DNA of 64,000 nucleotides, taken from positions 2,480,001-2,544,000 of the forward strand of contig JAQFVV010000003.1 of the NCBI GenBank assembly GCA_028023455.1, in the 5' to 3' direction. The first letter of the stretch is position 1. Each line of letters begins with the position of its first letter. Under the pieces are notes generated by a model. It was not told the DNA's origin. It saw only the letters and a program-made list of their open reading frames with translations, and did not search any database. Below are positions 25,301 to 37,510 of this stretch, one piece after another. This stretch comes from Epiperipatus broadwayi. Taxonomy: Eukaryota; Animalia; Onychophora. The position numbers and the translations under genes are program-made.

Positions 25301-26441
25301 AAATATGGTAATGACTTATTTAAAAGAAGGGGAGAGCAGCTTCAGAATGGTTGGATCCAAAAACTCCAACAAAAAATATTTAAAAATATAAATGGTTCAT
25401 TATCACATATCATTATCATTTATTTTATTAAACAGGTGAGGAAATGAAATATAAAAAATTATGGTAGTAACATATAGGCCAGTAAGAGAAAATATGGTGA
25501 CTTTACCCAATAAAAGTTCAATCTTTTATTTGATGATAGTATTCCCACTTCAGTTGGAGCAATATCTTATGGAGAGGTAGTTAGGAAGTTGCTATGGTCC
25601 AATGTATGGTAATCCATGCAGAACTTCAACTACACTAGCTCACTTGTTCCAGGGCCCTTGTTTTGAACAAGAATACTAAAAAAAATGGATGGCTTTGTAA
25701 TCCTCTGGAGTAACAGTATGAATGGATACTAGCAATGTAATAACATATATAAGAAGAAGAATGGCAAACAAGAAAGTTCTGGATCCTCTGAAATGACGGT
25801 ACAGATGGACCTAATCAAAGCAATATATAACTTATTAATACATTCTGACATATGCTAGCAATGTGACTATAAAAACATGAAATTATTTGATTTAATAATA
25901 AAAAAAGCCTTAAATAGTTTAATGAAGATGTAATGACATATTTAAATAATGACCCATATACAATAAAGTCACTAATAAGAAATTAAAATTATAATTAATA
26001 AAGTGTGCATTTCTCCTCTTTCTTGAATCAAACCCATTTTATTTAACATATAAAAACACAAAGTCTTGCACTTAAGAGTGTGGCTAACAAAATAAAATGG
26101 GTCGCCAGCCTTTTGGTGATGATTATTAAAATAAAAAAATCAATAAAATCAAAACAGACACCAAAGCCCACCGAGATTGAAAAATTACTTATACATCTTG
26201 GATAAGTTAACAATAAACTATTTGAATGCATATATTTATTAGAGAGAGAAACTCAACCTTAAGAGCCATTTAGAAATAAATAAAATAAATGACTACTTTC
26301 CCACCCACCCCTCTTTTCTATTCCACAGTGGAATATAGGCAAAGCTTGTAAGACTGGGTTTGATTGATATATATATATATATAAAAGTTACACGAAAATA
26401 TAAAAATATCATCAATAAGAAATTATTACTGCACTAAATTA

Positions 26442-26720
26442 AACAATTCAAAACAAAACAACACTCTCCATATAGTAGTGCCATCTTGTGCTAACAAGAG
26501 CAATCAATGGATGCCAGAAGGCTTGTGCATAAAATCCCTATCTGGTGCCTACTCATCCAATATCCCCAGACTAGTTTCTGGCTTGTGGCCTTCATCAGTG
26601 AGGAGCCTTGGATCTGAGAGCACTTGTTAGCACAAGATGGCACTACTTATGGAGAGTGTTGTTTTGTTTTGAATTGTTTAATAACAAGTATTGTGCTAGT
26701 ATGAGATAGTGATCATGTGA
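26442..26720. mobile_element. Fold-back hammerhead element, family A (youngest-looking copy)
   Basis: ~60-bp near-perfect inverted arms 26438-26498 and 26623-26682. 12-bp TSD TGCACTAAATTA at 26430-26441 and 26721-26732. Right extension ends GATAGTGATCATGTGA, like the family-A terminus at 6352-6370. Confidence 0.9.
26555..26613 (-). ncRNA. Type I hammerhead ribozyme motif A4 (all helices intact)
   Basis: Minus strand: ATCCAA-GGC-TCCTCA-CTGATGA-A-GGC CACAA GCC-A-GAAA-C TA G-TC^TGGGGA-TA-TTGGAT. Predicted cut between 26569 and 26568. Confidence 0.85.
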
Positions 26721-28088
26721 TGCACTAAATTACAGAAATACTAAGAAGCATGAGTTGGATGAAAGAATATTTATTATGATTAGTTTTGGATTATAGAATT
26801 GATCTACAGAAATTAAAAAGTTAGGCTAAAGTAATCACTAGTCAGCAAGTTAACAGAGATTTAACAGTTAAAAAAAGAATTAATTTTAAGTTTAATTAGT
26901 TAGAACTTGGGTAAGGCAATTAAAATGACTTTTGGGCTTGTTACCTTGTGATCCTCTGGAGCAATGGTATGGATGAATCTTGTATTGAGGTGGCATTCCT
27001 TGACTTTCAGACAGGCAGATTCTAATTAGGTTGAAGGCATTTCTTCTTGGCCATGGTGGTTTTCTAATAACATGGGCACTTTTGATTGGAAGAAGCTATA
27101 CTGCTACATGGTGAGGAGATGGTCTAAAAATTGAGAAAGGTGGATTGGGTCCCTCTACTCCTCAAATTCCATTTCAAAAAATCAATGAGCATGTAGTATG
27201 TTAGCAACAGCAGACAAAACTCTCTAATACAATATATTTTTTAGCCCTATTTATACAACGTTCTTAATTTGATCAGGAATGCTTTTAATTAAATTCCTAG
27301 CCGAGAAATATTTGGTCTATTGTTATTGGAGATGCAATCATTAAAGAACTGTCCAAAAATAAATTCAAATCAATTTCCAGATTGAAAATAGATTTGACAA
27401 AAATGTTTGCAACCAAATTAAAATTCATTAGCTTTGTTTTAATTTTACTTTCATTAAAACTTGAATTAAAATTTATTTTAAAACCCTGAACAATATACTG
27501 TTTCTACCCTTTTTATTACCTTTGGACAATTAAAGGTTGCATCTTCCATCTTCAATTTTTATATACTTATATAAAAAAAATTATTTCAAAGTAAAAAAAT
27601 ATAATTTTTAAAAATATACAAAATTATTTACATTTATTATTTTGTAATTACATGCTGAAACAGATATATTGTTTCACATATATATTTTCAAGTTTTCCTT
27701 TCCTTCCCAGCTAAAGCAGTTTAAATTAAAAATAAAACTGATGGGATTCAGTAAATAAAAATTTAAATAAAAAAGCAAGTGACAGTAAATTAAAGTCATT
27801 TTTCCAACTGCATTATAAAAACAAATAATTAAAAAAAAGTAAAATAAAGAAAATTTAAAAAAGCACTTATTCACTAAATCTTTATCATTAATTGATAAAG
27901 CTTCAATTAAAATACAGCAGATACGATTTATTTTAGAGCTATATGTTTTCAGATTTAAATGTAAAAAACTTAAAGATAGCATCACCTTCTTGCCTAATGC
28001 TTCTAATCAGTTGTTTTTTTAAAAAATATGGGAAGCAGAAGAAATAAAAGGAGCAACTTGATAAGATAAGTCAATTACAGTGACAGTT

Positions 28089-29364
28089 TGTTTTTTTTTT
28101 ATTTAAAAATATATTTATTGACATTATAAAATTGTACAGATGCATAATAAATACATTTTGTTAATGTTGGCTCATCCATTGCTGGAATTGGTCTGAAAGA
28201 AGTATGCCAGAGCCATTCACTGCACTAGCAGGTTAATATATGAGTAAATATGTACTATTTTGTTGGTATTGCCCACCCCTTTTGAGGTTGACCCAATAAT
28301 ACTAACTTATCAGCTGGGATACATGTAGTGTGAAATCAATGCCTCTCTAGTAGAATCTGACATGTTGCAGCACAGACTACTTCTTCTACGATACACTACA
28401 ATGTGGATATATCAGATCCAAAATTCATGTTAGTCTGTGGGCCATACTAGTAGGCTCGTATATTATTAAACAAAAATCTAGAGGATAGTATCTTATCCTT
28501 GTCTTGAAGAGCTTTGAGATTATCGCAAAATATAGCATTGGGGTCCGGTGTTGGTAGTGTGAACTTTGTCCTGCACCTTGTGTACCAAAAAGCATATGTC
28601 AGGAAGATAGATAACCTGATTACTGTAAAGTCGCCAGAGAAGAGACAAGCCCTGATGTCCAGGATTTTATCCACTGCTATAACTCTTCAAATACTGTTAT
28701 AGCCTGGACATATATTTAACAGATGATTAAAGGACTCCTCTCCTCTAGAACGGGCATGACAAATTGGGTCTATTTTATTTAAAAACCACTTGTAGTATAA
28801 GAATGTATTAGTTGGCATGGAATCCATATTCACCTTGATCAGATAATCCAAAAGTTTGGGCTCCAGTAGCAGATATTTAAATATTGTGGTGATTTTATGA
28901 TTGCTGTGCCCTAGGTGAGCATAAATAACTGTATTTACAGGATTCAGCAGGTGATGTGCCTGCCAGATGTTGACTTTATTATTAAACTCTGTTGTTGAGT
29001 GCCCGATGTATAGAGATTGTTGTTTAATAACGGTGTCAAGCCATGTGTGTTTACTGGGGGGAGGTCTGTCAGTAGGTATTACAGTCTCTATAATATCTGA
29101 TAGAGGCTACTTTTTTCCAGGTTTACTAAAAGTGAATGCCCTTTTTGGAAATTGATTGTCTGTATTGAATGGAGACCCATACTGTTCTGTCTCCTGTGAA
29201 ACTGAAGTCTGCGGATGCTAATTGCAGTGGTCCGACCTCTCCATAAGAGCTGACCACAGAGCCTCTGAATCTGTAAGCTGAATGATTTGGTAACGGTCAT
29301 TATTGGCAGGTAGTAATTTATGCTCGCCATAATCTTCATATTAATAAGAGCAATCTTCTCTTGT
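28089..29364 (-). mobile_element. 5'-truncated L1/Tx1-like LINE inserted in the 5' LTR
   Basis: 10-bp TSD AGTGACAGTT at 28079-28088 and 29365-29374; the empty site is seen in the 3' LTR (~35455). Poly(A) tail (T-run 28091-28100 on plus). Decayed post-RT coding (QIQRLCGQLLWRGRTTAISIRRL...NSMGL) and a Zn-finger relic at ~28340-28410. Confidence 0.85.
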
Positions 29365-30139
29365 AGTGACAGTTACAGTTTCAGACAGTTACAATTACAA
29401 TAAATCAGTTATTAGTAGGAAGACGTGTTGAAATTGTAGTCATTGTTATGCCATTTGTTACTTTTTGAAATTTTTAAAATAACCAAGTTGGGAAATACAG
29501 AAGAAAACTTTTTTAGTTATTGAATAACTGAATAATGGAAATGTGCATTATTAATATGGAAACCTCCAGTATGAGTGAGTGAAATCAGTTCTTCTTTGTC
29601 TCTCCAAACATGTGTAAAGCCAATGAAAATTCAAAAAACATGCCCAATTAACAGCAGCAGTAATTCAGTGTACCATTTGCCCAAGTCAGCTAATTCATGA
29701 TGTAAAGATTTAAATATCAAGGTAAAGAAAATTTATATACATTTATAATATTTAAGTATATTTTGAAAACATATTTGTTGGAATAATTAATGTATAAAAT
29801 AAAATACAATTATTCAATGATTGATTTATCAAGTAAAACCTAAGAAAATAATGTTTTTAAAAAATAATGTTTTAAAGAATAATAATTATTCTGATTTAAG
29901 AACTTAAGAATATTGGTTTAAAAATAAATGAAAAATATAATAATAAGTGAGTTAAATCAATCATGTATTTATATATATATGTGAATACATGATTTGTAAT
30001 GCATGGATAGAAAAATTAAATTGAATATGTTTCTACTTCAAATATGAACAGGAATTAGATATGCCTTTATAATACACAGATTAAAAATGCTTCTATGTAA
30101 AAATTAAATTGAATGAAGGTGCTTCTACTTCAAATATAC

Positions 30140-30950
30140 ACCTGTATCAAAGATGAATTACACAAATAAATAACTCAAATCTACAATTCTGAATTAGAGA
30201 ATTAATATTCTAGTATAAAGAATGACTTGAATTTAAACCCAGACATCTGTATCAAAGATGGGTTAAACAAATGAATAACTCAAATCTACAAATCTGAATT
30301 AGAGAATTAATATTCTAGTATAAGGAATGACTTGAATTTAAACCCAGACATCTGTATTAAAGATGAGTTAAACAAATGAATAAGTCAAATCTACACACAT
30401 GAATTCGAGAATTAATCTTTTAATATAAATGAATGAATGACTTGAACCTATATCCATACACTTGGATTAAAGATGAATTAAGTAAATAACTGATTTAAAT
30501 CTACAAATCTGAATTAGAGAATAAATCTTGTAATATAAAGGAATGACATGAACCTATATCCATATACTTGGATTAAAGATGAATTAAGTAAATTCATGAT
30601 TTAAATCTACAAATCTAAATTAGAGATTTAATATTTTAATATAAGGAATGACTTAAATTTAAACCCAAACACCTGTATCAAAGATGGATTAACATATCAA
30701 TAACTCAAATCTACAAATCTGAATTAGAGAATTAATATTTTAATATAAGTGAATGACTGGAATTTAAACCCAAACACTTGAATTAAAGATGAATGACTTG
30801 AATTTATATCCACATACCTGGATCAAAGTCAAATGACTTAAATTTATATCCACATACCTGGTTCAAAGATGAATGACTTGAATGTATAATCACGTACCTG
30901 GATCCCAGATGAATGACTGAGATTTACATCCAGATACCACAATCAAGGAT
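30140..30950 (+). repeat. Tandem array in 5' LTR: ~7 x 105-bp units followed by ~4 x 40-bp units
   Basis: (C/T)TG(T/G)AT(C/T)AAAGATG recurs at ~30142, 30247, 30352, 30461, 30567, 30672, 30777, then GAATGACTTGAATTTATATCCACATACCTGGATCAAAGAT-like 40-mers. Confidence 0.9.
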
Positions 30951-31494
30951 GAATATTTTGTACAAAACTTATAGTTGGACTTATTGCACCAATGACCTAG
31001 GACCATATACATATATATTTACTGACAATCCAAAGATAAACTGTCAATAACTTTTGTTATCAAATAAATAAATCTTTTTTATCTAAAACTAATTCAAAGA
31101 TGAACCGTCAATAACTTTTATTGTCAAATCAATAAATCATTGTTATCTAAAACTAGTTTATCTAGTTAGTTTCATTCCACATCACTCATTATTTATTACA
31201 TTCATTCACAAAAATCTCATGCCTCCTGAGCTATGTTCAGCATAACCAGATCTGAATAAGTAAGTAAGGTTGTGATAAGCTGAAACTCTAGTGGCGCCAT
31301 TTGGGAAACCAAACAAACAAATTTTCTAGATGTTTCCAATCTCTTGAATGCTACATCCTCTGATGAACAGGAAATGTTGTTGTAGGGTGGTAAAATAGAC
31401 ATTTGGTAATACCAATCTTTGGTTTTATCCTGCAATATGCTTATCAGGAAATAGTTATAACTGATAACATAGGTTGTACAGAGGTCCAGTTACA

Positions 31495-31515
31495 TTTGTC
31501 ACCCTATTGTGAGGC
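31495..31515 (+). promoter_or_regulatory. Possible degenerate primer-binding site
   Basis: TGTCACCCTATTGTGAGGC lies just after the LTR end and resembles TGGCGCCCAACGTGGGGC (tRNA-Lys-type PBS) with several mismatches. Confidence 0.3.
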
Positions 31516-31789
31516 CTGATCTGGCTAGCCTGCCCATAGGTGTAAAAAGCTAGAAGAAAGTAAATGAAGAAATCTAAAAGGCAAAAGCAAATTACAATTC
31601 TGTAGATGTGAACAGTGCCCATGTGTGGGATTGTAAAATGAACTAAAAAAATGGGAAACTAAGACAGCCAAGTAAAAATGAATAGTATACAATGAATAAA
31701 ACAGGCATGAACAAAAATGTTGCTATTAAATCATGGAATGGAGAGAGAGAGTGAAGCTTATCAATGTTGAAATATAATAGTAGAATATC

Positions 31790-34440
31790 AAAAGAAAAGC
31801 AGGCGCAGATAGAAAAACTGCTAGAAAAATATCAAGACATTTTCTCAGAAGTACGAGGGATTATTCATGAGTATGAACATCGAATAAAGGTGACAGATGA
31901 GCAACCATAAAAGTCCTGGTCATATCCCATACCCCATCAGCATAAATCAGAAGTGTCAAAGCAATTGACAGAAATGATAGGATGGGGAATGATTTCTAAG
32001 TGTTCATCCCCTTTTAACAATCCACTAGTAGTCATGAAAAAAAGATGGTACTGTCCATTTATGCTTGGATGTCCATCAACTGAATAGAATAATGGTGCCA
32101 GATCATAATGTACCATCTCTGAAATTATTAGATACTATTAAAATTTTGAGGAAAGAATATTTTTACCATCCTCGATCTTATGGCCAGCTACTGGCAAATT
32201 AAGCTGCATCCCTGAAGATAGGAGATATATGGCATTCTGATACAATGGATATTTATATCAATTTAACAGGATGTCCTTCGGGTTGAAAAACAGCAGTTCT
32301 GGTCTGCTGTAATGTCTAGACAGAGTGTTGTCAGATGAAATCAAGCAAGTAATATCAATGTATGTTGATGATGTCATCATTGCATTGGAGAATTTACAAG
32401 AACACCTCCAACATTTAGAATTTTTTAAAAGAGTATAAAGAAAAGGGAATAAAAATTAACATAAAGAAGAATACTTTGGTGGCTGAGGAAGTAAAAATTT
32501 TTGGGCCACATCATTAACAATCAATGCACTAGCCACAGTATGAAAAGATACAGGTTATTCAGGAGTTCCCAAAGCCCAAGACAAAGAAGCAAATTAGATC
32601 CTTTCTTGGGCTTTGCAACTTTTATAATAAGTTTTATAAAGATTTTGCTCTTGATATGGAACCCTTACTTCAATTAATAAGAAAGGATGCACCATGGAAA
32701 TGGACCATTGAACAAGAAGAAAATTTTGAGTCAATTAAAAAGAAGTTTCTGGAGCAAGTAGTGTTAACTTACCAGACTTTAATCAGTCATTTTATCTTCA
32801 AATAGATAGCAGCAGCTATGGCCTGGGAGCTACCTTGTTCCAAGTTCATGGAGATAATCAACTGAGAGTCTTATATTTTATTAGCAGCTTATTAAAAGGC
32901 CCAGAGTTGAATTATACTATGACAGAGAAGGAGGCTCTGGCAGTTATATGAGCCTTCCAGAAGTTCCACCAATTTCTTCTTGGGGCACAAGTAGTCATTA
33001 TTACAGACCACAAAAGTTTAAAAATTCCTGACCCACAGTTACTTAACCAATAGCTGTTTGATGAGGTGGTGCTGGTTGCTTCAGGAATTCAATTATACAG
33101 TTCAATATTGTAAAGGGTTGGATAATATAGTTGCAGATGCATTGAGCTGAAACCCTATTAAGTTGGAACAACAATATTTACATGCAGATAATGTGTGCAT
33201 TGCAGCAGCAGGTCTAATCAGTACAGAAGATATTGAAACCAGTCTAAGTGAGCTGGAAGATTGTCAAAAACATGATGCATATTATAGAGAAGTGTTTGAA
33301 AATATTGAAAAGGAGAAAAGGAATCTGAATCAGGAAGCTAACCCAGTGGAGGAACAGTGGAAAAAATACGCAATCAGAAAAAAGGTTTTGCAATACTGCA
33401 TTAGTGCCTCTACTATCAGTGGCAAATTGTAGTACCTTTAAAGATATGTGATCTACTTATTATATACACCCATAGTAAGGACATTATGGTGCTGAGAAAA
33501 CTCACCATGTATTACAGAATTGATTCTATTGGCCAAAGCAATACAAAGAAGTGGTGTCATTAATAAAAGGGTGCAAAATTTGCCAAAGAACCAAGCCACT
33601 GAATAAATCTTACTCAGGGTTCTTGAATCCAATTCTTGCAAGGGAGCCTAATGAAATTCTAGCAGTTAATTATTATGGCTTTTTGCCCCCATTTCATCGG
33701 ATGAAGTATTTATTCATTGGGTATGACACATTCACCAAATGGGTAGTTTTATATTCCATACCTCAGGCTAATTCCCTGAACACTATAAAAGTGTTATAAA
33801 ATGAACATTTTAGCAAAGTGAAAAAAACACAAATAATCACCTCTGATCATGGCACCCTATTTGTCTCTGCCAAATGAAAAAAATGCATCAGCAAGGAGAT
33901 TATAAAGCACATACTGATGTCTATTCATAACCATCAATTCAACCCAAGTGAATATGTAATGCAGGAGCTGGGTCAGTTATTCAGGGTATACTTGAATGCA
34001 AATCATCATGTATGGGTTGACCAGGTTCAATGAGTAGTCAACTATATTAATTGGATGCTGAATACTGAATCTGTCAATGGGTTTTGCACCAGTGCAACTT
34101 CATTAGGGAAAATCTATACCCATGCTTTACTGTACAAAAATTCTGATAGTACCAGATATTATTGATAAGAAGAAGGATGAAGAAAAGGCTCTTCAGCTCT
34201 TCAACATATGAAAGAAATATGTGAGCTCATCTCACTCCTTTCAAAAAAGTTGGAGCTCAAGTGATGGTTCGTGGACATCCAGTAAGTCATCCTGAATAAA
34301 ACATATATAAGAAGTTTCAGGATATTTATGAAGGCCCATATACAATAGTGAAGCAATATGGATATAATGCATTTACCATATCAGAATCAGGAAAAAAGGG
34401 AACATTCAATACAAGGTTGTTATGACCTTATGTAGAGATA
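31790..34440 (+). pseudogene. Gypsy pol (RT - RNase H - integrase), disrupted
   Basis: QIEKLLEKYQDIFS...SSPFNNPLVVMKK/DGTVHLCLD; YVDDVII at 32361; DSSSYGLG...TEKEALAVI...ITDHKSL; HYGAEKT...YWPK...KGCKICQRTK (H2C2); integrase core 33551-33799; GPYTIVK near 34335. Confidence 0.93.
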
Positions 34441-35010
34441 GCCGATGGAAGAAATTTGTGAGTGAGATGTAGTGATGTGTGAAATTGTATTTTTTATGCT
34501 GAGGTGGATGGACAATTGAGCAAGGTTGCCTGGATGCAGGATGTTCATGATGCTCTGAAGTACAGGCTCAACACTGTCTAGACCTAGATGTTGAGCTCAT
34601 AGAGTAGTCCAGTGGTGTATATGTAGGCCTTATGAATAGGCCTTGGTCTCATGAATAGATCTGATTTATAACCCCTAAGACTCACAAGAGATGTGCAGGG
34701 CTGTCCCAGTCCCAAATATGTTTTCTGGCTCCTACTCTTATTTGGATCTCTTTCTAGGTACCAGGAGGTATAGCTTAAAAATGAGGTATTTTTTCACAAT
34801 GTCATGAGGCATTGAGTACTGGTAGTCTATGCTTGGTTATCTGCTTATCCTGACATTGGAAGCTATAGTTCATGTATTCACTTTTTCTGTTTCATCTTAT
34901 CTATTTCATCAGCCTAACTCCAGTAGAGACACAATAATGAGTAATGGCATTTATACTATGTGGAATGTAATTGTATTTCCAGGCAATTTTATCCAAAAAT
35001 TTATCATGGG

Positions 35011-37299
35011 GTAATAAAACAGACACATTGTTTCACATATATATTTTCAAGATTTCTTTCCTTCCACAGCTAAAGCAGTTTAAATTAAAAATAAAACTGA
35101 TGTGGTTCAGTAAATAAAAATTCAAATAAAGAAGCAAGTGACAGTGAATTAAAGTTGTTTTTCCAACTGTGCTATAAAAACAAATAATAAAAAAAGGTAA
35201 AATAAAAAAATGTAAAAGCACTTAATTAATAAATCTTTATCATTAATTGATAAAGCTTCAATTAAAATATAGCAGATACGATTTATTTTAGAGCTATATG
35301 TTTTCAGATTTAAATGTAAAAAACTTAAAGATAGCATCACCTTCTTGCCTGGGGCTTCTAATCAGTTGTTTTTTTAAAAAAACATGTTAGTATGTAAAAA
35401 AACATGGGAAGCAGAAGAAATAAAAGGAGCAACTTGATAAGATAAGTCAATTACAGTGACAGTTACAGTTTCAGACAGTTACAATTACAATAAATCAAGT
35501 TATTAGTAGGGAGATGTGTTGAAATTGTAGTCATTGTTATGCCATTTGTTACTTTTTGGAATTTCTAAAATAACCAAGTTGGGAAATACAAAAGAAAACT
35601 TTTTTAGTTATTGAATAACTGAATAATGGAAAAGTGCATTATTAATTTTGGAAAACTTCAGTATGAGTGAGTGAAATCAGTTCTTTTTTGTCTCTCCAAA
35701 CATGTGAAAATCCCATGAAAATTCAAAAAACATGCCCAATTAACAGCAGCAGTAATTCAGGGTACCATTTGCCCCAGTCAGCTAATTCTTGATGTGAAGA
35801 TTTAAATATCAAGGTAAGAACAATTTATATACATTTATAATATTTAAGTATATTTTGAAAACATATTTGTTGAAATAATTAATGTATAAAATAAAATACA
35901 ATTATTCAATGATTGATTTATCAAATAAAACCTAAGAAAATAATGTTTTTAAAGAATAATGTTTTAAAGAATAATAATTATACTGATTTAAGAACTTAAA
36001 AATATTGATTTAAAAATAAATGAAAAATATAATATGTGATTTAAATCAATCATGTATTTATATATACATGAATACATGATTTGTAATGCATGGATAGAAA
36101 ATTAAATTAAATATGTTTCTACTTCAAATATGAATAGGAATTAGATATGCCTTTATAATACACAGATTAAAAATGCTTCTCTGTAAAAATTAAATTGAAT
36201 GAATGTGTTTCTATTTTAAATATATACCTGTACCAAAGATGAATTAAACAAATTAATAACTCAAATCTACAAATCTGAATTAGAGAATTAATATTCTAAT
36301 ATAAGGAATGACTTGAATTTAAACCCAGACATTTGTATCAAAGATTAGTTAAACAAATGAATAACTCAAATCTACACACATGAATGCGAGAATTAATCTT
36401 TTAATATAAAGGAATGATTTGTACCTACATCCATACCCTTGGATTAAAGATGAGTTAAGTAAATAACTGATTTAAATCTACAAATCTGAATTAGAGAATT
36501 AATCTTGTAATATAAAGGAATGATATGAACCTACATCCATATACTTGGATTAAAGATGCATTAAGTATATAAATGATTTAAATCTACAAATATGAATTAG
36601 AGAAATAATATTTTAATATAAGGAATGACTTCCTAGACACTTGGATCAAAGATGAATGACTTGAATTTATATCCACATACCTGAATTAAAGTCAAATGAC
36701 TTGACTTTATATCCACATATCTGGATCAAAGATGATTGACTTGAATGTATATCCACATACCTGGATCCCAGATAAATGACCGATATTTACATCCAGATAC
36801 CACAATTGAAGATGAATATTTTGCACAGAATTTATAGTTGGACTTATTGCACCAATCATCAATTATTATGAAAAGAATGATTAACTGTAAATCAAAATGA
36901 CCTAGGACCATATGCACATAACTTTTGTTGTCAAATAAATAAATCATTGTTTTCTAAAACTAATCTATCTAGTTAGGTTCATTTCACATCATTCATCATT
37001 TATTGCATTCATTCACAAGAATCTTATGCCTCCTGAGTTATGTTCAGTATAACCAGATCTGAATAAGTAATGTTGTGGTAAGCTGGAACTCTAGTTTTGC
37101 ACCATTTGGGAAACCAAACAAACAAATTTTCTAGATGTTTCCAGTCTCTTGAATGCTACATTTGGTGATGAGCAGAAAATATTGTTGCAGGGTGGTAAGA
37201 TAGACATTGGGTAATGCCAATCTTTGTTTCCATCCTGCAATATGCTCATCAGGAAATAGTTACAACTAATAACATAGGTTGTACAGGCATCCCGTTACA
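35011..37299 (+). repeat. 3' LTR (~2.29 kb) with ~5 x 105-bp and ~4 x 40-bp units (36225-36800)
   Basis: Colinear with the 5' LTR; ends CCCGTTACA. Confidence 0.9.
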
Positions 37300-37439
37300 A
37301 TACATGTGCCCTCATAATATATGTGTATATCTGAGTCACATCTATCAATGTTAATGATACTAAAATAATTAAAGAAATTTTTTTATTCAAAACATATATT
37401 TATAAATCTTATATACACATCTCCGAAATACACATACAA

Positions 37440-37440
<1 letters not shown>

Positions 37441-37494
<54 letters not shown>

Positions 37495-37510
37495 GATATA
37501 TATATATATA
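37441..37510. repeat. (TA)n microsatellite
   Basis: Read directly. Confidence 0.95.

Larger units (their letters stand above)
27653..31494 (+). repeat. 5' LTR (interrupted by the LINE at 28089-29364)
   Basis: 27658-28088 matches 35017-35465; 29365-31494 matches 35455-37299. Confidence 0.9.
27653..37299 (+). mobile_element. Ty3/Gypsy LTR retrotransposon, decayed, gag/protease region missing
   Basis: Two long direct repeats (27658-31494 including a LINE insert; ~35011-37299), both ending GTTACA. Internal RT-RNaseH-integrase order. Left boundary approximate. Confidence 0.92.

Noticed and set aside
25430-25860. Possible RTE-type LINE 3' end or host exon (RKLLWSNVW*S...)
   Set aside because: There are stops in all frames and no diagnostic motif I can confirm by eye.
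37218-37255. CTGATGAG-CAT...ATG-GAAAC on the minus strand of the 3' LTR
   Set aside because: Stems I and III do not form, and the motif is not conserved in the 5' LTR (CTGATAAG...TAAAAC).
27649-37304. Exact TSD of the Gypsy element (TTACA vs ATACA)
   Set aside because: There is one mismatch and the two LTR 5' ends disagree, so the boundary and TSD are not asserted.
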